A stretch of 64,000 nt of DNA from NCBI GenBank assembly GCA_046570105.1, contig JBKHVI010000001.1:32001-96000 (forward strand). The letters run 5' to 3'. Of the stretch, positions 1-9,063 are shown piece by piece. The notes beneath the pieces were generated by a model. That model did no database searches. It had not been told where the DNA came from and saw only the letters and a program-made list of their open reading frames with translations. The DNA is from Bacteriovoracia bacterium (lineage in GTDB: Bacteria; Bdellovibrionota; Bacteriovoracia; Bacteriovoracales; Bacteriovoracaceae). The position numbers were made by a program, and so were the translations under genes. Every line of letters begins with the position of its first letter. Position 1 is the stretch's first letter.

Positions 1-524
1 TCACTGGAGAAAACTCGCCGATTAGCCTCAAAGAATTGGGCGCTGATTTTGTTTTAGTGGGCCACTCTGAGCGTCGCCAATTGTTCAACGAAACAGACGC
101 GACGTGCGCACTTAAAACGAAGCTCGCTCTCGAAACGAACCTCACGGTGATTTACTGCGTAGGTGAAACACTTGCCGAGCGTGAAGCGGGTAACACGATT
201 AAAGTCGTCACCACTCAATTGCGTACGGGTCTTAAAGACATCGGCACTTGGCAGCCAGGCCAATTGATTATTGCCTATGAACCCGTTTGGGCGATTGGTA
301 CTGGCAAAGTCGCGACGCCAGCTCAGGCCGAAGAAGTTCACGCCGCCATTCGTTCCGAAATGAAGACCATGCTGGGTACTCAAGGCGAACAAGTCCGTCT
401 CTTATATGGTGGCAGCGTAAAACCCGATAATGTCGCAGAGCTTATGCAGCAAAAAAACATCGACGGCGCCCTAGTGGGCGGCGCGAGCCTTAAAGCGCAG
501 GATTTTCTAGCGCTGTGTCAGTGA
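1..524 (+). CDS. tpiA: Triosephosphate isomerase (5'-truncated by window edge)
   Basis: Motifs VGHSERR, AYEPVWAIGTG, LYGGSVKP and LVGGASL; lies upstream of secG. Confidence 0.97.
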   Translation, partial: TGENSPISLKELGADFVLVGHSERRQLFNETDATCALKTKLALETNLTVIYCVGETLAEREAGNTIKVVTTQLRTGLKDIGTWQPGQLIIAYEPVWAIGTGKVATPAQAEEVHAAIRSEMKTMLGTQGEQVRLLYGGSVKPDNVAELMQQKNIDGALVGGASLKAQDFLALCQ

Positions 525-528
525 ACGT

Positions 529-693
529 GAATTCAAAACTCTAGGGTAAGTCTGAAGCTAATCCAGGTTTAGAAAGACGATATCACTTGAAGACGCCTTA
601 AGCTTTCTAGTTAGAGTCATTGATTCAAACTGGCATAAGCTCTATATTTTAAATGGTTTCTGCGCCAGTTTGAGACCCTAGAGTTTTGAATTC
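529..693. repeat. Structured intergenic element, copy A (candidate ncRNA or MITE-like element)
   Basis: Perfect 19-bp terminal inverted repeat (529-547/675-693), internal hairpin 625-673, homology to 14252-14423, flanking direct repeat GTCAGTGAAC. Confidence 0.75.
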
Positions 694-756
694 GTCAGTG
701 AACCTTATAGCTTTTAAGCAAAAGGGCATGTTACAACTATTGCCCTAGGAGATTTT

Positions 757-1164
757 ATGATTACGACCTTGATTGTTTTGCATGTCATCATCTGCGTTCT
801 TCTCGTGGTGACCGTTCTTCTTCAATTCGGCAAAGGCGCTGAAATGGGTGCAGTTATGGGTGGCGGTGCCTCTCAAGCTGTTTTCTCTAGCTCAAGCAAA
901 GGCAACTTTTTCACCAAGCTGACTTCAGTTTTGGCGATCGGTTTCATGTTGAATTCAATCGCGCTCACAACGTTGAAGAGCCGCGAAGCTAAAAAATCTC
1001 TCTTTGATGATGAAGCAGAAATTGCTCAACCACTTAATAGTGATGCTGCTCAAGCTGATGCTGCTGCCAAAGCGGCGGCTCCAACTGCTACAGCTCCAGC
1101 TGAAGCAACTGCTCCTCAAGCAGCTGCTCCTGCCACAGCTCCAACAGAAGCTCCTAAGCAGTAA
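757..1164 (+). CDS. secG: Preprotein translocase subunit SecG
   Basis: Two TM helices, VLLQxGKG motif, Ala/Pro-rich tail, tpiA-secG synteny. Confidence 0.95.
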   Translation: MITTLIVLHVIICVLLVVTVLLQFGKGAEMGAVMGGGASQAVFSSSSKGNFFTKLTSVLAIGFMLNSIALTTLKSREAKKSLFDDEAEIAQPLNSDAAQADAAAKAAAPTATAPAEATAPQAAAPATAPTEAPKQ

Positions 1165-1200
1165 CTAAGAGATTAGTCACAATCCAGTACTAGTAGTTCT

Positions 1201-1225
1201 ATGGGGGCTTCAAGCCCCCATTTTT
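1201..1225 (+). terminator. Intrinsic terminator of secG
   Basis: ATGGGGGCT-TCA-AGCCCCCAT stem followed by a T run. Confidence 0.8.
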
Positions 1226-1313
1226 ATTAGTGACTGTACTTATTTAGCAAAATCTATAATTAACTCCCCCCCCCCTCTGGTTTATTAGTGTTAAACATTA
1301 GTAAACTAGCCTA

Positions 1314-2429
1314 ATGAAAACATTCAACTCAGGAAGTTATAAGCAGCAATTTAAATACAAGAGCTTTTCACCTTCCTTTCTTCCAAAAAATCTTATTATT
1401 GAAGATCCAGCGCTCAACTTACTTGTTGCTGAAGCAAGCAGACATCTAGGTGAGCTCAACGCTTTATCGCAGATGGTTCCTAACGTTGACTTGTTTATCC
1501 ATATGCACGTGATGAAAGAAGCGACTCAATCAAGCCGCATTGAGGGTACACAAACAGGATTTGACGAGGCCCTCATGGAGGAAGAGCAAATCCTTCCCGA
1601 AAAAAGAGATGATTGGCGCGAAATTCAAAATTACACCCTGGCAATGAATCATGCTATTGCACGCTTAAACGAACTACCTCTGAGCATGAGATTAGTTAAG
1701 GAAACTCACAAGACACTGATGACAGCAGCAAGAGGTGAAAGCAAGCTTCCAGGTGAAGTCAGATCAAGTCAAAACTGGATTGGTGGCTCCTCGCTCACTG
1801 ATGCATTTTTTATTCCACCTCACAAAGATGAACTATCGAATCTATTGAGCAATTTGGAAGATTTTTGGCATGATGAAAATATTGTACTAGCACCACTCAT
1901 CAAAGCAGCGCTTTCGCACTATCAATTTGAAACGATTCACCCTTTTTTAGATGGTAACGGTAGAATTGGACGCTTGTTAATTACTCTATACCTCTTAGAT
2001 AAAAAAATACTCAAATACCCAGTTCTCTATCTGTCAGATTTTTTTGAGAGAAACAAAGGCTCATATTACGATAGCCTTACTGTTGTTCGATCAAGCCACG
2101 ATATCGGACAATGGCTGCGTTTTTTCATGACAGGCGTTATCGAAACTTCACAAAAGGGAAAGACAACCTTCGAAAAAATACTCTCACTAAAAGCCAAAAC
2201 GGATCAGGAAGGAACGCGACTGGGGAAAAAATCACCTGAACTCTTCCAGTACCTTTATCGTCACCCTGTCACAAATGTAAATTCAGTTGCTTCAAATCTT
2301 AATATGAGTATCCCTGGCGCCAATAATCTGATTGAACGTTTTACAAACGAAAAATATCTTGTGGAATGGACAGGCCATAAACGAAATAGAAGTTTTACAT
2401 TTGAACCTTACTTAAAGATTTTTGTGTGA
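1314..2429 (+). CDS. Fic family AMPylase (class II, N-terminal inhibitory motif, C-terminal HTH)
   Basis: HPFLDGNGRIGR catalytic motif; SSRIEG inhibitory motif. Confidence 0.92.
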   Translation: MKTFNSGSYKQQFKYKSFSPSFLPKNLIIEDPALNLLVAEASRHLGELNALSQMVPNVDLFIHMHVMKEATQSSRIEGTQTGFDEALMEEEQILPEKRDDWREIQNYTLAMNHAIARLNELPLSMRLVKETHKTLMTAARGESKLPGEVRSSQNWIGGSSLTDAFFIPPHKDELSNLLSNLEDFWHDENIVLAPLIKAALSHYQFETIHPFLDGNGRIGRLLITLYLLDKKILKYPVLYLSDFFERNKGSYYDSLTVVRSSHDIGQWLRFFMTGVIETSQKGKTTFEKILSLKAKTDQEGTRLGKKSPELFQYLYRHPVTNVNSVASNLNMSIPGANNLIERFTNEKYLVEWTGHKRNRSFTFEPYLKIFV

Positions 2430-3175
2430 ACGAAGAAATCTTTGTCGTCCTCCTCTCACTCATCGCTGGCTTCATCGATTCAATCGCCGGTGGCGGTGGG
2501 CTGATCACCATTCCGATGTGGACGCTTGTTTTGGGGCCAGGTGCGCATGTGGTGGCCACCAATAAAGTCGGCGCATTTGTTTCATGTGTCGTTGCTTTGT
2601 GGGTGTATCAGCGGCACCACAAGATTCAGTGGAAAACGGGCATGTGGTTTTTGATCGCCATCTCTGTTGGATCCCTTTGTGGAGCTCAACTCACGGGTCT
2701 AGTATCACCGCTGTTTTTTGCTTGGCTCTTACTCTTGTTGTGCCCATTCATTCTGGTGATTGTCTGGAAAAAAGAGCGTCTCTTTGCCGAGCGACCTGAT
2801 CGACCAGTCTCGCGCAGAAAATTGCTCGCGGCCGGACTCGCGGTGGGAATTTATGACGGCTTCTTTGGACCAGGCGGCGGCACGTTTATGCTACTTGCGC
2901 TCCTGGGACTCACTCAAATGCCCCTGATGGCGGCACTGGCACTCTCCAAACTCTCCAACTCTTTGTCGGCCGGGATATCGCTCGCCAGCTTCACTTGGCA
3001 AGGTTTGGTGGATTGGCGATGGGGAGTTATTGGTGGAGCTTCGATTGTTCTTGGTTCTTTTTTAGGTGCGAGACTCACGACAAGAAAATCATCCCATGTG
3101 GTGAAGCCTGCACTAACGATTGTGGTAATTCTCTTGATGACAAAAATTGTCGTTGATCTGATTAGATCAAATTGA
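2426..3175 (+). CDS. TSUP (TauE/SafE) family transporter
   Basis: GFIDSIAGGGGLI and YDGFFGPGGG motifs; multiple TM segments. Confidence 0.9.
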   Translation: MNEEIFVVLLSLIAGFIDSIAGGGGLITIPMWTLVLGPGAHVVATNKVGAFVSCVVALWVYQRHHKIQWKTGMWFLIAISVGSLCGAQLTGLVSPLFFAWLLLLLCPFILVIVWKKERLFAERPDRPVSRRKLLAAGLAVGIYDGFFGPGGGTFMLLALLGLTQMPLMAALALSKLSNSLSAGISLASFTWQGLVDWRWGVIGGASIVLGSFLGARLTTRKSSHVVKPALTIVVILLMTKIVVDLIRSN

Positions 3176-3773
3176 TTCCCATGACACAGCCGACTTTCTC
3201 TTTATTGATCTGGTCTTCATCGTGCAAATCGCGCGCGGTAAATCCGACTGTAATATGAGGGGCCCAACGCTGCCATTTGAAATCATCCCCTGAGCCACCG
3301 CGTGCGACATAAAGGCGCCAAGCTTCTTGGCGAAAATCTTTCATCGCTGGTGAATCAATGGCAACAAACCAACTGTCTTCACTGCGACCCTTAATTGTGG
3401 CAGTCACTTTTTTGAGACATTTCACTTTGAACTTACTCTTCATCAAGCGCTCTTTGAGCACTAGCTTTTCTACATCTTCCATTTTGAGAACTTGCGACAA
3501 GATACTCCACTCAGGTGGAGTGAGGATGGTGATATGAGCTTCACCACGATGTTGCAGTTTTGCATTAATGGATTTTTCTAAGTTCTGACGAAGCTGATCA
3601 ATCGGTGCAAATGGAAGTGGGACGGCCACCCAATCAGGATGAGAAAGAAAATAAGGTCTCTTTTCAACAGATTCGATTTCTTTTGAAAGAGGAATAGACT
3701 GGATGACTGATTCGGCGTGGGCGACAGAAAGCAGAATAAAAAGTAGGAGGAAACTAAGACTTCTTTTTTTCAT
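3162..3773 (-). CDS. Secreted 2H phosphoesterase family protein
   Basis: Signal peptide (...SVAHA); two HxT motifs (HITI, HITV). Confidence 0.7.
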   Translation of the reverse strand: MKKRSLSFLLLFILLSVAHAESVIQSIPLSKEIESVEKRPYFLSHPDWVAVPLPFAPIDQLRQNLEKSINAKLQHRGEAHITILTPPEWSILSQVLKMEDVEKLVLKERLMKSKFKVKCLKKVTATIKGRSEDSWFVAIDSPAMKDFRQEAWRLYVARGGSGDDFKWQRWAPHITVGFTARDLHDEDQINKEKVGCVMGINLI

Positions 3774-4908
3774 TTTTTTTATTATCCCCGATCACTCGAA
3801 TTTTACCAAAGTCGGCATTCTGTAATGCTTTCACTTCTTCCAAAGGGAGCTGTGCCCATGGAATGGTCGGATCAAAACGATCTGAGAGTTTTAAGTCGCG
3901 TTTAACATCCGCTTTAACGTAGTCGACATGCTTCTCAAAAATATCAAATAACTTTGGCTCAAGCTTCACACCTCTGAACTTTCTCATAACATTCAAGGCA
4001 TCGGCCACATGGAGCACTTGGTTGTAAGAGCGTTTGGTGGTGATGGCATCAAAGAAATCGGCAATGGTACAGGCCCGGGCCATGGGATGAATATCTTCGC
4101 CAGGGATTTGGCGCGGATAACCTTTCCCGTCCCAGTTTTCATGGTGTTCATGCACAATACGAGCGATGACATTTACATCTAATGATGGATGAACTTTTAC
4201 ATGACCAGACAGGAGAAGTTCCAGACCATAACCTGGATGCAATTTGATGGTTTCATACTCGGCGTCCGACAATCCACCAGGACTGTTGAGAATATGCGTG
4301 GGAATTTTTACTTTACCGAGATCGTGCAACAAACCACCGAGACCAATATTCACTAGATCTTGCCGTGAAGCTTTGGGATGGGCCGCACGCCAAATGCTGA
4401 TGCAATACATGGAAACGTTAATCGAGTGATCGTAAGTGTAAAAATCATGAAAGCTTAAATTACCAATCAAACCTTTGAGATCATCAATACCGTACTCTCC
4501 TAAAAGATCGACCATATTTTCGACGACTTCGCGACAGCCTTCAATATTGGCTTCTAAAAGTTCAGTAGAGAACTCACGATTGCCATCGAAGATTTTTCCC
4601 AAATATTCGAGTGCTGAATCTTTTAAGACTGAGGCTTTCTCAGAATCTTCATACTGATCAGAATGCACCAAACTCTTCATATAGAGATTACGCTGATCTT
4701 CTGGAATATAGAGTTGCAGATATTTTCGTCTGAGATTTTCTAGATCCTCTGTCGAAAGCGCTTCTCCCGCAGGAAAAATGCGCACGAATTTTTCCTTCTC
4801 TTTTAGAGAAGAAGAATTGACGAATAAATCAAAGGGGAGCTTGAGGCCTGTCGTAATGAGGTCATAACGAACAGAGAAAAAACTCCGGTAAACACCCGCT
4901 GTGAGCAT
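3754..4908 (-). CDS. HD-GYP cyclic dinucleotide phosphodiesterase
   Basis: TYDHS, LLHDLGK, HHENWDGKGYP and ADFFDA motifs. Confidence 0.92.
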   Translation of the reverse strand: MLTAGVYRSFFSVRYDLITTGLKLPFDLFVNSSSLKEKEKFVRIFPAGEALSTEDLENLRRKYLQLYIPEDQRNLYMKSLVHSDQYEDSEKASVLKDSALEYLGKIFDGNREFSTELLEANIEGCREVVENMVDLLGEYGIDDLKGLIGNLSFHDFYTYDHSINVSMYCISIWRAAHPKASRQDLVNIGLGGLLHDLGKVKIPTHILNSPGGLSDAEYETIKLHPGYGLELLLSGHVKVHPSLDVNVIARIVHEHHENWDGKGYPRQIPGEDIHPMARACTIADFFDAITTKRSYNQVLHVADALNVMRKFRGVKLEPKLFDIFEKHVDYVKADVKRDLKLSDRFDPTIPWAQLPLEEVKALQNADFGKIRVIGDNKKNEKKKS

Positions 4909-4962
4909 TCAAAGATTGTAGCATGGGCCTCAAATTCTATGTATTTGGCAGTGCTTATAGGC

Positions 4963-4989
4963 AAAAAAAGGGCCCACCTAAGTGGGCCC
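4963..4989 (-). terminator. Intrinsic terminator of ssb
   Basis: GGGCCCAC/GTGGGCCC stem with T7 on the minus strand. Confidence 0.8.
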
Positions 4990-5020
4990 ATTGGCAACTT
5001 AATGAGTCAGAGATCAAGGC

Positions 5021-5482
5021 CTAAAATGGGATGTCATCAGAAGCGAAATTAGCTTCAGTTGAAACCTTAAAGTCTTGATTCATTTCAACCGGTGCTGCAC
5101 CTTGGTTGAAGCCAGCGCCATTATCAACATTGCGTTCTGCACCGCGATCAGCAGAAGGGCCGCCAATGAATTGAACTGTGGATGCGTTGATTTCAGTCAT
5201 GTAACGCTTGTTACCGTCTTTGTCGTCCCATGAACGAGTTTGCAGACGGCCTTCAACGAAAGCTTGGCGACCTTTTGAGAGGTACTGGTTACAAAGCTCA
5301 GCGAGCTTGCCCCAGACAACCACACGGTGCCACTCTGTTTTTTCTTGTTTCTGTCCGCCCTTGTCAGTCCACGCTTCAGTGGTAGCAAGAGAGAAATTAC
5401 AAACCGGCGCGCCGCCTGGTGTGTACTTCAACTCTGGGTCTTGACCCAAACGTCCTAGCAAGATGACTTTGTTAACGCTCAT
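5021..5482 (-). CDS. ssb: Single-stranded DNA-binding protein
   Basis: [24 protein letters not shown]-terminal DDIPF. Confidence 0.98.
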   Translation of the reverse strand: MSVNKVILLGRLGQDPELKYTPGGAPVCNFSLATTEAWTDKGGQKQEKTEWHRVVVWGKLAELCNQYLSKGRQAFVEGRLQTRSWDDKDGNKRYMTEINASTVQFIGGPSADRGAERNVDNGAGFNQGAAPVEMNQDFKVSTEANFASDDIPF

Positions 5483-5600
5483 AGAATCTCCTTCGCCTGA
5501 TGGTTAGGCATAAATGGTTTAAGTGATATCCATCACGAACACCTGTTGTATCGCGAACGATTCAGTCAGGAAATAGTAAGGAATCTCACAAGGGCCTACT

Positions 5601-5617
5601 TGCGTACAGCGTGCCAA
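5601..5617 (-). promoter_or_regulatory. Putative sigma54 (-24/-12) promoter upstream of ssb
   Basis: Minus strand TTGGCACGCTGTACGCA = GG-N10-GC. Confidence 0.5.
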
Positions 5618-5683
5618 TAGAGAGATGAGCGAAGTACTTGAAACACTTCATGTGAAAAAAAACAAAATGAAAATTATTGGACG

Positions 5684-6064
5684 TCAGTTGGAAATTTCTG
5701 GACTCTTTTGAGGCTTTCTTGCGCGAAGCACCGCCGATTCGGGATGCTCGCGAAGATGGTCTTCTACATGACGACGAGCGATGCGCACATCGCGCTTATA
5801 CCAAGTGGGATCAAAGCCACAGACTGTGCACTTGAGTTCGCGTCGATAAAGTAATTTGCGTGAGAATTCGTAGCTGGCCCAAATGAAAAAGAAGCTGCCC
5901 AAAGTTTTCCATTCTAAAAAATCAAACATCAGCCAAGTCAGAACAACTGTTAGCAAGGCCATTTGCAAGTAATGGAGTGGTGAAAGATGACGCTGATAAC
6001 TCATGCTACGCGGGCTGCGACATAAGGCACAGTAACAATCTCTTTTAGCAGCTTTTTGAAACAT
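5684..6064 (-). CDS. Small membrane protein with two CxxC motifs
   Basis: CALC...2 TM helices...CTVC; SD-like GAGG upstream. Confidence 0.7.
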   Translation of the reverse strand: MFQKAAKRDCYCALCRSPRSMSYQRHLSPLHYLQMALLTVVLTWLMFDFLEWKTLGSFFFIWASYEFSRKLLYRRELKCTVCGFDPTWYKRDVRIARRHVEDHLREHPESAVLRARKPQKSPEISN

Positions 6065-6295
6065 TCTTCACCTCACAGAGTATTAAACCACGTCTCGGGG
6101 CAAGACTGAGACTGGGCAGAAATGGCCGCCGAGTCTCCTGCGAGACTCGGGGTAAAGAAGTTGTTGGTGGCGGGGTACTAACAGGTGGGATGCAGAGGGG
6201 GGACAGCCTAGCCAGCTTACGTTCCACATCCAGACCCAAGGCTTCCGTGCCTGGATGCTTTACACACTCCAAATCCCGTACCAAAATACTCGTAA

Positions 6296-8992
6296 ATGAT
6301 ATCAAGAACTTCCCCCAGCCTAGTGACAAAATGCGCCAGTGAGCGGGGCCAAATCAGCATCTTTTTTGCCTCCAGCTTGATCGTTTTGATTTCGATCATC
6401 GCTTTCGTCATCAATATTGGATTGTTCGTTAAGGCGAAGATCAACTTGCAAAATGCGACTGATGCCTCCGCCTATGCCGGTGCAGCTGTTCAAGCCCGTA
6501 TGCTCACTCGCATCGGTTACATGAATTGGGAAATGCGCAACGTCTACAAAGAGTGGATGTTCAAATACTACGTGCTGGGAAATCTCAACATCGACGAAGT
6601 CGAGAATCCTGATATCGCTGGGGATAACATCAGTTTTGCCATGCGACCGGATCCCAACCTCAGTGCCGCTCAAGGTGGAACTGATATTTATAATTTTCCC
6701 TCTGTGTGTCTACACTATGCGGGCGTTCCCACTAACGTCTGTCGTCGCTACGCTGTTCCCGGTATCCCGCGCTTTGAACCCACTAACCTCGTCGGTATTG
6801 ATGAGACCACTTCTTCATTTATTGATGCCATTGTAAAAGAAAAATCGAGTGACTGCTCCAAGCGCACGCAACTGAATTACAACGTCACAAATATGTGGGC
6901 CTACAACTTGAATGATGGCACCACTTCCAGTTCAACTGCTTTTGCAGATGCGCCACAGATTGCTGCTGATCGAGTGGGAGCGTGGCCCAAGGCCGTTGAA
7001 CTTGCCATTCGCACGCGCTCACTTGAATTTGCGATGAATCGTGCTCCTATTTCAGAGGGAGTTTGTAACCCCAACACAGGCCAAGGCTCGCCGGGCTGTC
7101 GAAGTGTAAAAGATTTTGAATCGCAACAACACTACGGTAATGAACGAATCATTAAGGCCTATTATTCAGGCATGAGAAATTTGGGAAGTGATCGCGACAA
7201 TGAAATGCGCGCGAGCTACACCATGTTTGAACTTCCTCCTACTCAAGTTGAAATACCTTCTGAAAATTCTCTCAGTGCACTTTTGATGAGTCCCGATGCA
7301 CGTAATGCGGGTAAATGGTTTGTTGATTTACAACTCCACCTCGTCAACTACGCAACTTTTTTCACCGCGCTCATTGCTCGTGACGATAGTCTTTCTGTCT
7401 CTGGGCAGACGGTGGTAGCAGAAGGTGCTTGTGACGTTTCCAAAATCGCCATTCCGGTTCCTGGTTATCCGTTAGGTTTTATAAAAAATCCAGATGTCCT
7501 CACCTACTACGCAGTTCGTGGAGAAGCAAAATTTCAAGGGCTCTTTAATCCCTTCTCTGGCCCCGTAAAACTGACTGCATGGGCCGCCGCTAAACCCATG
7601 GGTGGAAGAATTGGCCCCGCATTGTTTCGTCAGAGTACAGAAAACACTATTGCTTCACGAACGACGGCTAACAAGAAACGCTCGACTGCTTACTTGAGTG
7701 GCCTCAACCTCACAGATGTACCCAGAAAGGGTGGCGGTGGTAATGTTCCGCTAGGTCAATATGCTCCTGGTATGCCCATTCCAATTAATATGTCGGCAAA
7801 CCCCGAGGGACGCTTCTGGATCAGCGACGCTGGAGACGATGTCGGCGGATGGATTGCGGGACCTAGTATTGTCTTTGGAATTCCTAACTTGGTTTATGAT
7901 TTTGATTTAGATGCAACCGAATCAGGCGAAGTGACTTATCAATCAGGCAGCCAGGACACCAATGTTATCACTCCGGCAGCAGTAGGAAGCGAAGACAACT
8001 ATTCCAAAGGACTTTTTAAAACCAGTCAGTTCAAAAAATTTAAAGAGAATCTAGTTGGAACAGATGATCCGCTAGCGATTGCCACTTCGATCAGCAAAGT
8101 GCGTGCCCCGACTCGTTACGAGGCGGCTAATTATACGGTTCCTGTGCCATCGGAACTCAGCGTGAACGAAGATATTGATGGTGGCACGATGGATACTTTT
8201 GGTTTTGTGACTGGCCCCAACGAAGATGATCGGCGATTTGCGCAAATTTATGCGCCTCTTTATGGGGCGCAAGAAGATGCCATGTATAAAAATGCACCCG
8301 ACGTCGTAAACGCTATTCACACTTTCATGCAGCAACAATCGCAGGCCATGACAAAATACCGCAATTCGATGAATCAAGTGGCGAAAAGAATTTTTCTAGA
8401 TAACCCCGATAAATATCGAGATGCGGCTGAACGAATTTCAAATTTTGATTTTAACCAAGATGCGAACTCAAGCAATCCACTTAACTGCAGAAGTATTACG
8501 GGATCGTTCTTGTGGTTTTATTTTAATGGTGAGGGCAGTCTCGCTGTCAGTAATGCCGATGGACTTTGCCCGACGAGTTTCAAAACTAGTATTGAAACTT
8601 ATTTCACGACCCTAAGCGATAGGTTCAATCCCACTTCACACATTATTGAATATTCGTACAAAGAGGATATGCCTGGCTTAGCTAATTTTTCGCAACTTTT
8701 AACGGGCTATATGCCTGGGCCATTACGTGGTGCAGACCAGAGAGGAATATTTAATACTCCGTTTGGAGGGGCCACTAACTCCGAAACAATGAGACGCACA
8801 GGATACTCCACCAAGCTCGTAACAGTGAAATCGCTGACTGGTTCAGGCAACTATGGTCTAGGGGCCGCTGTAGGATTTGCCATGTACTCTGAGGGTAATC
8901 CCACAACGCTCCAGGAAGACGTAAAACAGAATGCTTTACGCAATGCTTTGGACCTGACCCTAAGCGGCGTCCCTGCAACTATCAATCACTGA
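6296..8992 (+). CDS. Tad (TadG-like N-terminal) domain protein, large Flp pilus-associated protein
   Basis: ERGQ + hydrophobic helix + KINLQNATDASAYAGA typical of the Tad domain; start codon uncertain. Confidence 0.75.
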   Translation: MISRTSPSLVTKCASERGQISIFFASSLIVLISIIAFVINIGLFVKAKINLQNATDASAYAGAAVQARMLTRIGYMNWEMRNVYKEWMFKYYVLGNLNIDEVENPDIAGDNISFAMRPDPNLSAAQGGTDIYNFPSVCLHYAGVPTNVCRRYAVPGIPRFEPTNLVGIDETTSSFIDAIVKEKSSDCSKRTQLNYNVTNMWAYNLNDGTTSSSTAFADAPQIAADRVGAWPKAVELAIRTRSLEFAMNRAPISEGVCNPNTGQGSPGCRSVKDFESQQHYGNERIIKAYYSGMRNLGSDRDNEMRASYTMFELPPTQVEIPSENSLSALLMSPDARNAGKWFVDLQLHLVNYATFFTALIARDDSLSVSGQTVVAEGACDVSKIAIPVPGYPLGFIKNPDVLTYYAVRGEAKFQGLFNPFSGPVKLTAWAAAKPMGGRIGPALFRQSTENTIASRTTANKKRSTAYLSGLNLTDVPRKGGGGNVPLGQYAPGMPIPINMSANPEGRFWISDAGDDVGGWIAGPSIVFGIPNLVYDFDLDATESGEVTYQSGSQDTNVITPAAVGSEDNYSKGLFKTSQFKKFKENLVGTDDPLAIATSISKVRAPTRYEAANYTVPVPSELSVNEDIDGGTMDTFGFVTGPNEDDRRFAQIYAPLYGAQEDAMYKNAPDVVNAIHTFMQQQSQAMTKYRNSMNQVAKRIFLDNPDKYRDAAERISNFDFNQDANSSNPLNCRSITGSFLWFYFNGEGSLAVSNADGLCPTSFKTSIETYFTTLSDRFNPTSHIIEYSYKEDMPGLANFSQLLTGYMPGPLRGADQRGIFNTPFGGATNSETMRRTGYSTKLVTVKSLTGSGNYGLGAAVGFAMYSEGNPTTLQEDVKQNALRNALDLTLSGVPATINH

Positions 8993-9063
8993 TGCTTGCC
9001 CAACAAATTCGCGGCTTTTATACTAGATAAAGTTTTTCCTCCCCCTTCAGCAAAGGATCATTT

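Noticed and set aside
529..693. Known small ribozyme (hammerhead, twister, pistol) or integron attC site
   Set aside because: Only fragments match (e.g. GCCTYAAGC). Motif order and core residues do not fit by eye, and no integrase or cassette array is present.
1165..1313. tRNA-Leu often found after secG
   Set aside because: No cloverleaf or T-loop GTTC motif is visible; only a terminator.
6045..6329. 94-aa minus-strand ORF in the Tad upstream spacer
   Set aside because: Low-complexity Pro/Ser product overlapping both neighbours; better explained as a structured leader.
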